Notes: generated by a model from the letters alone, not told the origin. Shown: positions 1 to 12,847, counted from the first letter of the stretch. The stretch is DNA of 64,000 nt from Candidatus Bathyarchaeota archaeon (GCA_963714275.1 CAVQNT010000006.1:352001-416000), one strand, 5' to 3'. Numbers and translations are program-made.

Positions 1-739
1 GCAGTGTCACGAAAAACCTTAGAATAGAACAGGGGTCCATGGAAGATTACAAGGCCTTAGCGGAATTCCATTACCGCAACGTAACCGCTCATCCGGCGCC
101 AATCAAGATTTTCGCTTTGAAACGGACTGATGATGAGCTTGCTGGAGTCATCGTTTATTCTTATGCTCCTCCTCAAGTTTTCGGGCGTAGATTAGCTCTT
201 GGTAAAGTCCTTTCTATTTACGAGCTGAACAAGGAAGTTGCGAACATCAGCAGGGTTGTCTTGCATCCGAAATATCGTAGCATAGGCCTGGGTGCATATC
301 TTGTCAGGGAAACTCTGCCTCTTTGTGGAAGACATTACGTTGAGACTATGGCAGTTATGGCGCAATACAACCCGTTCTTTGAGAAGGCTGGAATGAAGAA
401 GATCACGGAAAGGCAACCTGATGAATCAGTCCTCGAGGCGATACGAAGCCTTGAGCAGCTAGGCTTCAAACCCTACCTCTTATCCAGCCAACAAGCAAAC
501 CTCAACAAACTGAGAAACATTAAGCGAAGCTGAATTGCGGAAAGTGCAAGAAATAATCTTGCAAATCAAGACGGTTTACATCAAAAGGTTGCGGTCAACA
601 GCTGATAATGTTCCTTAAAAAAGAAGAATTCAAAAAATGGATACAAACAGCCCCAAATGACATTCTTGCTAAAGTTCTAGCACGGATAGCAGTTCTCGCT
701 GAAACAAAAATTTATCTTTTCTGGGAAATCAAAATATAA
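1..739 (+). CDS. GNAT-fold acetyltransferase-like protein, probably the C-terminal part of a COG2401-type ABC-ATPase/acetyltransferase; 5'-truncated by the window edge, frameshifted
   Basis: ORF 39..533 is open back to the window edge and has a GNAT motif-A-like ISRVVLHPKYRSIGLG. A shifted frame continues to ...ETKIYLFWEIKI* at 739. Confidence 0.6.
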
Positions 740-749
740 AAAATATCTC

Positions 750-2106
750 AAAATGAATAGCGTCAATAAATTCGTTAGATGGAGTGGGTAAAATAATTGA
801 CAACACCGGAAGAAGATTCATGACGATTGATCCTCAAGAAGCTTATTCAGAGAAGCACGAAGCGCTTCTGGACTGCGATTAATATCCATCACTCCGATTC
901 TCGATACTGTACTCCCATATTTTCTCAGCAATTCTCAATGTAAAGAGAGTCCAGTCTACAGACTCTTTTCCAACTTTCGAGCTCCTCTATTCTCATACTT
1001 GGAACATTGTTGAAGTCGAAGCACAATCCAAAGGTTTTATTTTCATGCTTAAAATTCCAGAGAACTGAAGGTTTTCTGGCAATTTCGCACGCCCAGAATA
1101 TCTTTTCTTTATGAAGGCGACGATCTTTTCCTGTTCTTCTTTTTCTTCACGTTTTCTGGCAACTTCAGGATCAACTATATTTGGTGGATATTCTGGATCA
1201 GTAAATTTTTCTTCATCTATCCTAAAGGCAAAGCACATAAGTACTTTTCCAACTTTACTTTTAGAGCTAAGTGCATCTTGGAGTAAGTACCATGGCATAC
1301 TCATCAAATTTACCTGTGCCGCTTGTTTTATATATATCGCCTGTCCATGCTCTCTCTTTTAGTCCCGGCTCATACAACATTAGTCTATTGTAAACCAAAA
1401 GATCCTCATCTGATGGATATTCGGCAGGCTTTAGAAGTCCTTTGTTAAGTTCTTTGATAAGGATGACAAGGTTGTCATAGTCTTTATACTTTCCGACTTA
1501 CGTGAAATAAGTCTCATCATTATATTGACAGTTCCAGCTGCGGGTTCTTCGCCCATTTCTTTACAAAGAGACTTGACTAATGCTATGACTGTGTTCTCAA
1601 CTTCACTTTCTACAAGGTCGCTTAAAGCCTCATCTTTTGCCTTATCAACTCACCCTCCCACAAGAGTATTAGATTGAGGATCTTATTTCCACTTATTGAA
1701 GAGATGATTAGTTCTTGCAGAAGAATGGATCCTCACTATCCTCTCTTTTGTTAAACCCTTATGTGCGATAAAGCCACATAATGGAATATCATATGTCTTC
1801 TCATAGGCTGATTTCAGAATGTCAGGATCATCTTCTTCGAAATTGGTGCCAATATGATGACAATGAATGGTCCCGGAATCTTATGCAAAGCCTCCACAGC
1901 AAGATCATAAGTTTTGGTTCAAGACCAGCTAAGTCCAAATCGAGTATGACAACTCTAATGTTGCACATTATGTCCGGCGGGTCTCCCTTGGCGTCCCAGT
2001 ACTGTACTGGTATGCCCTTTTCTACAAGTTTAATAAGGGCCCTTTGGATGTCATCATCATATTTGTCATCAACAAACAATATTCTTCCAGTGCATGATAT
2101 TGCCAT
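750..2106 (-). CDS. Response-receiver-domain protein with a long C-terminal extension; several frameshifts, 3' end approximate
   Basis: N-terminus ILFVDDKYDD...VVILDLDL is a receiver acidic pocket plus phosphoacceptor Asp. Fragments 1828..2106 and 993..1307 lie directly downstream of the kinase gene. Confidence 0.6.
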
Positions 2107-2112
2107 ATAGAA

Positions 2113-4237
2113 TCACCTCCCAGCAATTGGTAAGATTACAGCAATATTGGCTCCTGACAAAAGACTGGGATTGCTGTCTTGGCTAAGTAGTTTCAATTTG
2201 CCTCCATTCATTCTTGCAATCCGGTCAGCTATCTACAGACCTAAACCCATACCATTTGGCTTTCTCGTGAAAAATGGTAAAGTCAAAACATTAATATCAT
2301 TGTCTTGAAATCCTGGACCACTATCACTAACTGCAATCATTGAGTTCTTATCATCAAATGGGGATATAACAATCTTGATCTCTCGGTTTTCTGCTCTTGC
2401 GAAGAAGCCAATAGAAGCTATTGTCAAGAAAATTTAGCAACATTATAATAATGAGTCTTTCAGAACCTTTTACATTTATCGAATCAGGTCCTTCTATTCC
2501 AAATCTGATATTATTACGTTCAAATTTGAAGCGCATAAGATCAAGTGCCCTTTCTGCCGCCCTTTTAAGTTCAAATGTCTCTTCTTCACGAGTTTGTCGC
2601 ATCAATCTTCCTATGCCGCCAACTACAGAATATGCCTGATTGAGGAGTTGAACTACAGAATTGATTTTTACTAAATCTACCTCCTCCGATTTACGCATTT
2701 GCCCAAGAATCTTTAGGGATTCATGTATGTCTCGTTGTACCTCATGGGTGGGCATCATATATGTAATGCCGAAAGAAGCCTGCAACAAGAAGCGGTTGCT
2801 CCTTTTCTGTGAGTATGCTTTCCAGAGCTTCACGTGCTTCTGAGATTAACTTACTGATTTGATATTTGGTCTCGCCATCTATGCTGGCCTGATCCATAAC
2901 CATCTTTGACAAAGCTGCAAGATTACGAGTAAAAACAGCTTTGTCAGTTACCTCAGGTCTGATTTGCCCGGTTGCCTCTTTTAGTGGCTGCCGATCTCTG
3001 ATTCTCTCTGCTTCGAATTGTATGATAGCACTTTTAACCAGACTCCAAAAATCCCGGAAAGCATCATTATCAATCAATCCTTCCCGTCAGTCTTGTCAAG
3101 GAGGTTAGGATTTGTCACGGAGGATATTTCTATCGCACCTATAATCTGATTTCTGCTTAAGTGCAGTTCGAATCTTCTGACTCTTTCTAAATCCATGCTT
3201 AACCAATCATTATCAGGATTTCCATACGGTAGAACACGAAATCCATCTCTAAAAACCTTTACACCACTATTTGGTCGTATCATAACTTTATAAGTTGACA
3301 TATCACCAAAAACTGCCCTTTGATCTTGTACACTTAGATCCCAAGAATAAAATCTCAAATCAAAGGGTCCACAAACTGGTTCTCTGTCACCACTGAATTC
3401 CTCAGGATCTCGAATGTCAAATTCCTTATTTGAACTCTGATTCAAATCAGGCAGATCTGGTCTTTTGAATCTATAATGGTATTTCATCTTTCCTGAGCGA
3501 TTAATTTCACCAGTAAAAGTGTACGTTGCTTTGTTAATTATTTCATTCCAATCTGGAATGGAGACTGGAGGAGAAACTTCATCTTCGATTTTCATCTGTA
3601 TATCAAAGTCTGAAAGGTCCTTAAACGGCGATTTCAAGGCTAAAATGTTTCTTTGGATACTTTCGATCATTTTAGGACTCCATGCCCTTTGCAGTTTCTT
3701 CACAATAATCATAGTTCCGCTTAAGTTAGTCCCGATAAAACTCGAGGCTCTGTTACTTCCCATTCGACCGGAACATCTTCCAAGAAACCTTCTTGTCTGA
3801 AAGCAGTCCAATCAAGAATAAGTCTTATCTCCTGGTTCGTGTTGGCACATCTTACGACGCCAGTTAAATAACCGAGTTTGTGAACTGCAAGGCGCCCAAG
3901 TCCTTTCTCACCTAAGCATATTCTCCTCCCACTTTGAGTCAATCGAGGTTTGAGATCTGGTCCTCGAGTGTTCAGATAGTGTTCCTAACTCAAGCCAGGA
4001 AGAAAGGACAGTCTCAAGGGACATGCCATGACCATTGTCCTTCACTGTTATGTAGCCAATTGAAGGCTCGCTTATATGAAACAGAGTCACGATTGCTTCT
4101 GTAGCATCCGCATCATAGGCGTTTTTTACCAGCTCTAAAACAGCTGCGACTTCGTCAGTAATTAGTTGTTCGCCTAACAAAAGCATTAATCTGGCACGCG
4201 TAGCGACTCTCGCTTGACCCTTCTTTAGAACGCTCAT
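2113..4237 (-). CDS. MORC/MutL-like GHKL ATPase fused to a C-terminal histidine kinase; frameshifted into about 6 fragments
   Basis: N-terminal GHKL motifs ELVKNAYDADA, VKDNGHGM and GEKGLGRLA. S5-like region GVKVFRDGFRVLPYG..DWL. Kinase H-box-like THEV, N-box NFLDNS, and G-boxes DSGPG and FFTRKPNGMGLGL. Confidence 0.8.
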
Positions 4238-4259
4238 TAAACCTGCTTCCTTACCGATT

Positions 4260-5337
4260 TCATAGTCTGCAAAATATTAGGACAATACGAATCTGAATTG
4301 TCATTCGGGAAGAAGCTACTTCGCAGCCTAATACCTTAAGACGTTCGAGCGAGCATTTGCACGCGTTCATTGATATATCTGAACCTATCCATTTTCGAGA
4401 TGATTTGAAACACACGACTCCCGATGTTCCCGAACCTGCAAATGGATCATAGATAACCTGACCAGGGTAGAAGAACAAGTCACAATCCTATCTAACAGTG
4501 CTTCGGGTTTTTGCGTCGGATACACCATTTTCTTACTGTGGACTGGTTTTATATCGATCCAAATATCTTGAAGTTGTTTTCCACTCATCTCATCGAGATA
4601 ACGCTTGAGATATGGAAGTTCTCCTTTCTTTTGCTCAATCCTACCATTTTTGAGTAATTCGAGCATCTTGGGTTTGTTATAACGCCAGTACCGTTCTACG
4701 CCAAAGAATTCATATATTGGGTTGCCTTTGACTGATGCTTCCGGCCTGTTAATCTCCCAAAGCATACCTACGTTTCGTAAAAGACTCTACGTATCGATAT
4801 GCTCCTTCAATATAATATTCGTCATATGGAACATACTGTTGATTCGACATAATCTGATGATTTGGTATAGATTAAAATCGTGTCATGGATACGCCCAAAA
4901 TGACGGCTTCCTTGTCCCGAATCATTGTGAGAACTCTGGCGTTTCCAAATCTATTCATTTAGGAAGTTGCTTCTTTCAAATATATCGTAGGCTAAAACCT
5001 TCAGGTTGTGGGAACTATGCCAGTCACAGTGAATATATATCGACGCAGTATACTTCATTATTCTTTTGAATTCCAGCAATCGTTGCTCAATCCAATCAAG
5101 ATATTCACATAATCCGTTCCATTTGTCCTCATAGTGATAGTTGCCTATTTGATATGTTCGATTTGAAAAGAATGGAGGATCAACATATATTAAGTCCACA
5201 GAGGAATCAGGAAGCCTTCTACATGTTTCCAAACAATCCTCATGAAAGAGGGAGTACTCTCCTAATTCTGTAACACGTGTGATTTTTTCCATTTTCGAGC
5301 GCCTTGAGTTGAAAAATGGTATATTATATATCGCCAA
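4260..5337 (-). CDS. Site-specific N4/N6 DNA methyltransferase (beta-class motif order); frameshifted
   Basis: Catalytic DLIYVDPPF precedes YPTQKPEALL and the SAM-binding DPFAGSGT, across fragments 4951..5337, 4385..4765 and 4260..4478. Confidence 0.85.
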
Positions 5338-6630
5338 AAGACAGTTGAGGAAATCCGCATACTTATAACATATGTAAGCTGCACTAGCAATGTCTGCTGA
5401 GACTGCTCAGTTTCTGGCATATCACGAACCAGCACTCCCTGGAATGCTTTGGACATTAGAGAATTAAATAGTTTAGTAATTTCTTGAGTAGATTGTTTTT
5501 GTCTATTTCTAAGAGCTTCAACTTGTTCTACAATAGAAGCAAATTTCTCTTGAAGCTCTTTGGGTGGAATTGGAACTTGAATCCGCTTTACATCTTTCAC
5601 GATAATCCTTCTTATTGCGCTGCCTGACTTCATGTCAGTTGCTTGTTTCAAAATGGACTTATTCTTAAGAAGGTATTCAAGAAACTTTTGGTTGATTGCT
5701 CTTGGATCGGGACGTATAATTGCAAGTGAAGATAGGACAATAAATTCCTTATTGAAATCGATTGAAACAACTTTTCCGACAGTGCCATCTTTCGAAAATA
5801 ATACATCCCCTGGTTTTGGATTACAATTCTTTTTTAGTCTTTCATAGTCATCATTCGAAATGAAACTGCAATCACTGAAATCAATCCCGTCATCTTTAAC
5901 ATGTTTCACAGTGATAAACGGAAGCCCAGTTTCAAAGAAGGGAGGAGTAAAATGGCTACCATCGGACAGATATAGACAGACATTCTCAAGAGAGCGTATG
6001 GGATAATTGTTAGGATTAACCGAAGGATCTCCAAACATCTGCAAAAAAACAACTTGAAGAATCCTGTTAGTCATCTGATTTGCTTGATCTCGTTTTTGTC
6101 GTAAACCTGTAGTTCTATTTAGAATGTTTACGATGTTTTTCTGAACCACCAAAGGCGGAAGAGCCACCTTGAATTTATTCAGACTTGAGATTGTAATATG
6201 TGGGAATGATGTCTTGCCAGCAATTTTCTCTAATTACTCTTTGTGAGCAAGCAAATAATATGCCAGATAATCAGGGATGACATCAACTAAACATTTGAAG
6301 GAATTGAACTGTTGATTGGTACAAAGTTTAATTCTATTTATTGCAACTTTGCCAACCGTGGCGGTACATGTCAATAAAACAGAATTAGTCGGAATCAGGA
6401 TAGCAGAACTTTTTCGAAGACCTTCCTCTGTAATTTTTCGTTCAGTATTCTAAAACATAGTTTATATAATTCTCTTGAAGTTCGGAATTTGAAAGCCAGT
6501 GTATCGTACCTTGCTCCCAATACTCACGCTTTGCCTTGCTCGGGGTACCACCACTAAATCTTTGAAAATATTTAGTATCCCCAAGTTCGACTATTTTCCA
6601 ATTTTGTGGAGAATTTATATCTTCAATCAT
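5262..6630 (-). CDS. hsdS: Type I restriction-modification specificity subunit; frameshifted, 3' end approximate
   Basis: Two TRD-like halves (GGTPSK..EYW; DGSHFTP..GDVLFSKDGTVG) with conserved LPPL..QK / VPIPPKELQEKF helices. The start overlaps the hsdM stop. Confidence 0.9.
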
Positions 6631-8115
6631 TCTAAAAATTCTCTCAGATTCTTCAATTCTCCAGAGATTTGTTCCTCTAACTCCATGATGTTATTGATCA
6701 ATATCTTTGGATCTTCGTATTCAACATCTTCTCGTTCAACATTTCTTGTATCTTGAAATGGATAGATTGTAATCATTCTGCTTTATCTTCTCAAAAGGCA
6801 CCAAGACACTTTGGTTTGATTCCTCTCGTTTCTCGAAATTTTTGAATGATGTCGGGGATGTCACCTTTGCCATCGATGAATTCACGTTTTTGGTCAAGGC
6901 TGTATCCGTCTTTTCGCATTTCATAGAACCAAACTTTGTCAGTCTTACCACCTTTCACGAAAACAAGGACTGCAGTACCAACACCGGAGTAGGGTTGGAA
7001 AACTCCTGAAGGCATGGATATTACTGCTTCAAGTTGACAATTTTCTAACAGAAGTTTTCTGGCTTTGACATGAGCATTTGATGAACCAAATAAGACACCA
7101 TTTGGAACGATAACTGCAGCTCTTCCACCGATTCTTAGTAAGTTGTAGAACAGTTCCAGAAATAGAAGTTCAGTCTTTGTGGTGTCTATTTTGAAAGCGT
7201 CATTAATGTCGCTCTTATCGATTGACCCAGCAAATGGTGGATTAGCAAAGACAATATCATATCGTGCTTTTTGTTCAAATCTTCTTTGAGAGTGTATCAG
7301 CATAACGAATGTTTGGTCTTTCAATTCCGTGGAGAATCATGTTCATAAGCCCAATGCGAACCATCGTTGTGTCAAAATCAAATCCGTAGAATGTTTCTCG
7401 TTTCAGAAGGTTCCAATGAGATTTTTCAACTATTTTATCTCCAATCAAGATTGTGCAGTGAACCATCTTCATGGATATTTATGATATCATCACTTGTGTA
7501 TTTTCTCAAAATATGTTCATAGGCAGCAATCAGAAAGCCAGCTGTGCCACAAGCAGGGTCACAAATAGTCTGCCCAATATCTGGATCAACAAGTTCAATC
7601 ATCATCCGAATGATATGTCTTGGCGTTCTGAATTGTCCATTCTTCCCAGCAGTCTTCAGCTCAGCAAGTAGATGCTCATAGATGTCTCCTTGAGTGTCTT
7701 GATTCCGTTCAGTAATGTTCATCTCATCGATAATTGCTACTGCTTCTTGCAGAAGCGAAGCCTTTGGAATAACAAACACGGCATCCTTCATGTACTGCGA
7801 ATACAGAACATCATCGCCATTTGTCAGATTCTTGATGAAGGGAAAAACGACTTCTTGAACATGCTTCAGCATCGCTTCAGCGTTTAGATGCTTCCACTGT
7901 GACCATCTACAATTTTCATGTCCTTCAAAAATGGATATGTGTTTCTCGTTTCTCGCTGCTGCCCTTCTTGCATGAATACTATCCAGATCTTCCAGTCGTT
8001 TCATGAAAATCAGATAAGACATCTGCTCAATTGCAGTGAGTGGATTGGCTATTCCACCAGACCAAAACCTATCCCAGAGTTTGTTAATCTGCGATTTTAA
8101 TTCAGGCGCTAGCAC
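6627..8115 (-). CDS. hsdM: Type I restriction-modification methyltransferase subunit; frameshifted
   Basis: [25 protein letters not shown] and YNLSISRY motifs across four fragments. Confidence 0.93.
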
Positions 8116-10916
8116 GAATAACTTCTACCTCCAATTTGTCGCATAGCTGAATCACTTCTTTAAGTTCATCGTTATTGAAAAGTGGAATAGGGGCGTTAAC
8201 ACCGAAGTTAGTGAATGGCGGCTCAAACAGATCACTATACTCTATATGATGTTTTTTTAAGAATACGGTTTGAATTGTGCGGAGGAAATTCACTTGGTCA
8301 GAGTTAAGGTAGTTCTTCTCTATTATAAAGGCTTTGAATGCTTCCTCAATTCTCTTCTTTGCATCGGGAAATTCGTAGAGACCTAGAATTTTCTTGATAA
8401 ACTGGACGAGAGTTCCCTTGTGTTGTCTGTATGCTTTCTGCAGAATTTCTTCAGTGATGTAGAGTTCTGGGCCATTCAAGGTCTTCTCCAAGTTTTTCAG
8501 ATCTTCTTCTGTGAGAACTCTCGTCATGTTTAATTTTCTTAATCGTGGGATGCTGTTCAGCGAGTTGTTTGATTCTCTTCTCAACCTTGTCAATGTATGT
8601 CGTAGCATATTCTTGAGTTGGAACAGGCCCATACTCAATAAACTCTCTCTTCTGTACAACATCATCAATGTCAAGGATTATCGTAGGTCTAGGTTCTGGC
8701 TGTTTATATTTCATTAACGGTGTGAACTCTTTGAGAAGAATTTGGGCATCATCGAAGGACACGTTTTTCCAGTATTGTGGGCGTAAGACTTTATCAAGCA
8801 GTTCCTGTTTATCCTTCACTTCATTAATTGTAGTCGGTAATGCGTAAAGCCACTCACCTATGTCATCCTTCAACCTATCAATCTCGTCTCTATTATTCCG
8901 TAAAATCGCAAGATTCAACTGTTCAATTTTCAAAGCCCAAGACGCTTCATTTGGGTTAACATCCTTCTGGTAACGCATCAAAGGCGCAATCTTCGTCTTC
9001 AAAAAGACTGGAGCATCTATTCCAACTGTGTCCCACAACCTCGGCGAGACCGCCTTCTCAATATCCCGTTCATGTTCCCTTATCGTAATAGAATCATAAG
9101 GCAACAATTTGATGTCTTGAATAAGTTTCTCCTTTACAAGTTCAGCTCGGTTGTCCTTTGTTTCAAGTAAATAATTCAATTGTTGAAGTCTAGTTAGGAA
9201 GATTCTTGTAGGAACAGCTTCACTCGGTTTAGCTTCCTTGCCCTCGGGGTGCATGTTATGCCATTCGAAGTTATTCCAAAAATCAAAAATCAGGAAATTC
9301 TCTTTCCTTCCATCCGGTAACCAATCCCTATGTTCACATATTCTATCGTGCCTTGTTCCCCGCCCTATCATCTGCCAAAATCGTATTTTGGAAAATACAG
9401 GTTTCGCGAAGACAAGATTGCAGACTTCTGGAATGTCCACACCAGTATCAAGCATACCAACAGAAATAGCAACACGTGGAAAGCTCTCTTTCTTGAATTC
9501 TTTGAGAAGCTCGTCCGCTCTCTGATCCTCTGAGACTATTCGTCTCGCTATTCGCCCTTTATACTCAGGATATAATTTTTCAAATGCTTCCCATAACCGT
9601 GTTGCATGCTTCTGCGAGACTGCAAAAATAATTGTTTTCGCTGGCAGTGTTCCCGTAAAATCCATTAGACATTCATCCATAAACTCCTTGACGATCGCCT
9701 CATTTGTTCCCAGTACAGCGACTTTCTTCTCGATATCTGTCCCTTCAAAATTGATCTCTTCCTCTGAAATTGCCTGCTCCTCAAGCAATTTCTTTTTTAT
9801 CGCGTCTGGAACATCACTTGGCCTAATACCTTCAATTTGAAAATGAGTTTGAGCCACATATATTTGGTAGTCAGCGAGCCAACCGTCCTTAACCGCTTCT
9901 TCATAAGTGTAGAGATAAGTTGGAATACTATTCTCACAATTGAAGAATCTAAAAGTGTCACGTTCGATTAGGTCCGACGGTGTTGCTGTGAGTCCTATCT
10001 CAATTGCATCAAAATACGTGAAAACTTCCTTCCACTTATTGTAGATAGAACGATGGGCTTCATCAGAAATGATTACATCAAAATCTCCTGGGGAGAATTC
10101 TTGATAACATTCCATAAAAGTCTGAATTGTAGAGGCGTAAAGCCGCGGTGTCTTGTCAACTTTTCCCGAGAACACTTTAACTTTCGATTCGTTAGGGAAG
10201 AAAGTTTTGAACCCGTTATCTCCGTATGCTTGGTCTCTCAACTCCTTTCTATCAGCCAGAAATAGAATCCTTTGGGCGCGATTCGCTCTCAACAGAACAT
10301 CAATAAGCGCCATTGCGACGCGAGTCTTTCCTGATCCCGTTGCTTGAACGATCAAGAATTTCCTTTTACCCTTATCTATTCCCTCAAGTACTCTTTTAAC
10401 TGATTCAATTTGATATGGTCGGTCAATGATGTCTTTGCTGATAGGAACCTCTGAGAAATCCTTCTTCGAATAATTCTGGAATCGAATGCGCTCAAGTGAG
10501 GCTCTATCATGATAACCGCTAACCGCTCGTGGTGCTTCGAAGGGTTTATTACAAAACCATATTTCATAACCGTTCGTCAGGAAAATGAAAACATCCTTCC
10601 CAGTCTGCTTCTTGATATCATTGGCATAATCTTCAGCCTGTTTTTGTCCAGAGAGATAATCTTTTTCTGTTCGTTTTGCTTCGATAACAGCCAAGGGTAA
10701 TCCATATGAATCTAGTAGAAGATAATCTGCGTACGCCTTTTCTTCTGGGCTCTTTAGAGTTTGAGCCACTGTCTTGTAGTTTCCAGCTTTGAAATCCGAT
10801 TGTTTAGTATCAACTTCTTGGATGACTTTGCTTCTATCATTAACGTCCCAACCCGTTTTCTTCAATAAAACATCTATTTTTTCTCTGCGTGTTCTGTACT
10901 CGGATGCTTTAGCCAT
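8102..10916 (-). CDS. hsdR: Type I restriction endonuclease subunit R (EcoAI/EcoEI-like); one frameshift near 8510
   Basis: Nuclease ADY..VIEAK, Walker A ATGSGKT, DEAH, LTATP and QMIGRGTR. The C-terminal fragment 8102..8674 resembles EcoEI_R_C. Confidence 0.93.
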
Positions 10917-11111
10917 AATTATCCCACTGATCTCCCCTTTCTTCTGACTAGATCATTATACTTCCTAAAAGATAGTATATTATATTCTATATAACTTAAT
11001 CCTAGATTCTCTTTTTATCTCCTCCAAGTATATTACGAAATCTCTTATAGATGTTCCAAAGAATTTAAAGGAAAAAATTACTTATAAGATCTTATATTGT
11101 AAAATTTTCAT

Positions 11112-11381
11112 TTATTTAATTTCGATGAGTTGCATGGCTTCGTGGAAGTAGTTGAGCACGTTCAAGCCTTTCTCTGTGATCTTGTAGGTTATGTGGCATC
11201 CCAACTCTTCAGAAGTAATCCACTTTTGCTCCATCATTGTGTCGAGAACCTGCATAAGAGGCTTCCAGGAAAGGTTAGTACTGTACATGATTCGTGTAGG
11301 CTTGTTGACGCCTTTCTTTATTGCCTGTAAGATGTCGAGGTAAATTTCGATCCGTGAACGTTTAGAGCTCAATTTAAACAC
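11112..11381 (-). CDS. Winged helix-turn-helix transcriptional regulator (archaeal HTH_45-like)
   Basis: KRSRIEIYLDIL..KPTRIMYSTNLSW..YKITEKG pattern. Confidence 0.8.
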   Translation of the reverse strand: MFKLSSKRSRIEIYLDILQAIKKGVNKPTRIMYSTNLSWKPLMQVLDTMMEQKWITSEELGCHITYKITEKGLNVLNYFHEAMQLIEIK

Positions 11382-11563
11382 CTAAGAGATACAAATATTA
11401 AAAATACATAATAAAAGACAATGTGCGTCTCTCAACCCAACACAAAAAACATTCTTTTTCTTCAGTTACGAATTATACAGCTGCTCACTGGAGTAGAAAA
11501 AACGTACTAAACATTTAAATATTATGGCGTTATGTTGGGGGAGTCCATGTGGTGATTGAAACA

Positions 11564-11665
11564 ATGAAAAGTGAAACAAAAGATTATTTGGAGATGGCTG
11601 TGTTAACTGTCTTCGGTAATACTGCTGCATACGCCATTATTCTATACCTGCTTAGGGTAATCTGA
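11564..11665 (+). CDS. Putative 33-aa single-TM small protein (not in the ORF track)
   Basis: MKSETKDYLEMAVLTVFGNTAAYAIILYLLRVI*. GGTGA Shine-Dalgarno-like motif at 11551 and TTTAAATA at about 11514. Confidence 0.4.
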   Translation: MKSETKDYLEMAVLTVFGNTAAYAIILYLLRVI

Positions 11666-11959
11666 AAGCCTAAGCGCGTATACTATTAATTAAAAACTTA
11701 TTATAACATTGATTATCAGTATAGGTCGTTCTGCGACCAATCTCTTTTTGGATCTCTTCTGCTTTTCCATTCTTATTTAACTCACTGCCAGCATAGTATC
11801 TTCGATTTTTAGGACTTAATGACTTTAAAGAGAGGTTTTTTGGTTTAAAAATCTCAATTTGGTTTCTTTAACATGTTATGTTTTCTTCTGTACAATTATT
11901 TCTCAAGCTTTTTTATACTATATCTTCAATTTTGTTTGGTGTTTTGGGTTGGTGGACCC

Positions 11960-12157
11960 TTGATTGAAGAGGTTATTAGGCTACTCGAGGATAGAGCATG
12001 GCATAGTTTTTCAGAAATTCAAGAGAAACTAAATCTACCCAAGGATTTGTTTTATAAAAGTGTACAATTCTTTAAAGAGTTCGATTTAGCGGAAATAGAT
12101 GAAAAACAGGAAAGAGTAAAAATGTCATCCTCTTTTTTAAACCTCACAGTTTCATAG
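11960..12157 (+). CDS. Small wHTH-like protein
   Basis: Likely TTG start after GGTGG. IEEVIRLLEDRAWHSFSEIQEKLNLP is HTH-like. Confidence 0.55.
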   Translation: MIEEVIRLLEDRAWHSFSEIQEKLNLPKDLFYKSVQFFKEFDLAEIDEKQERVKMSSSFLNLTVS

Positions 12158-12227
12158 GTTTAACCATTAATTATAAAAGAATGCTTGGCACAGCGATGGA
12201 ACTGTTGCGGAATAAGGATGGATAAAG

Positions 12228-12425
12228 ATGGACTTAAAAAATGAGAAAGTGTTGACTGATGAGGAATTAATGAACCTGATCCAGGAATATTTGGAGAAGG
12301 ATTTTGACGAGTTGTGGTTTGATTTAACTTCGAAAGAAAGAAAAAAAGTGTTCTCGAAACTCCTCACTGAATACATGGTCTCATTGATTAAGAGGAAGGC
12401 TAAAGAGTACAATAAACAAGGATGA
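12228..12425 (+). CDS. Hypothetical protein (65 aa)
   Basis: Protein-like charged helical composition, co-oriented with its neighbours. Confidence 0.45.
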   Translation: MDLKNEKVLTDEELMNLIQEYLEKDFDELWFDLTSKERKKVFSKLLTEYMVSLIKRKAKEYNKQG

Positions 12426-12484
12426 ATAGTCAAGATTTAACTGAGCTTTTATTATGGTAAGATGTGTCTTTAAATGTTTATTTA

Positions 12485-12594
12485 GGGTGCGGATTTTCCC
12501 GCCCAACTTTTAGATGGCTTTCATAGTTAACTCGGAGCGGAAAACCAGTTTTGAATGGCTTTTTGGTTAATTATGGGAATCGGGATCCGCACTC
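12485..12594. repeat. About 110-bp element bounded by an inverted repeat (possible MITE)
   Basis: ATTTAGGGTGCGGAT (12480-12494) versus ATCCGCACTCTAAAT (12585-12599): 14/15 inverted match, with TA on both sides. Confidence 0.35.
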
Positions 12595-12847
12595 TAAATT
12601 TATGAAGAGGTTTAAAGCCTCTCAGCTAGAACCAGTTAAGACTCAAGTTGAATAGGCTCTAAACCTTTCCAGAGAAAGGAAGGGTCCTCTTTTCTTTATA
12701 TAATTTTCCAAAGTTAAAAGCGAGTGCATTAAATTTTAACCCCCCAACCCTAAACTAACTTTTCCGTTCCTTCTCTTTTCCTATTAGCAATGTATCTAAT
12801 GCAAGAGAGTAAGCTTCTTAACTAGCCTTTTTTTTGTCTTAATACTT

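Noticed and set aside
12660-12790. Replication origin (TTTCCAGAGAAAGGAAGGG, ORB-like)
   Set aside because: Single weak match, with no adjacent cdc6/orc1 gene and no inverted ORB pair around an unwinding element.
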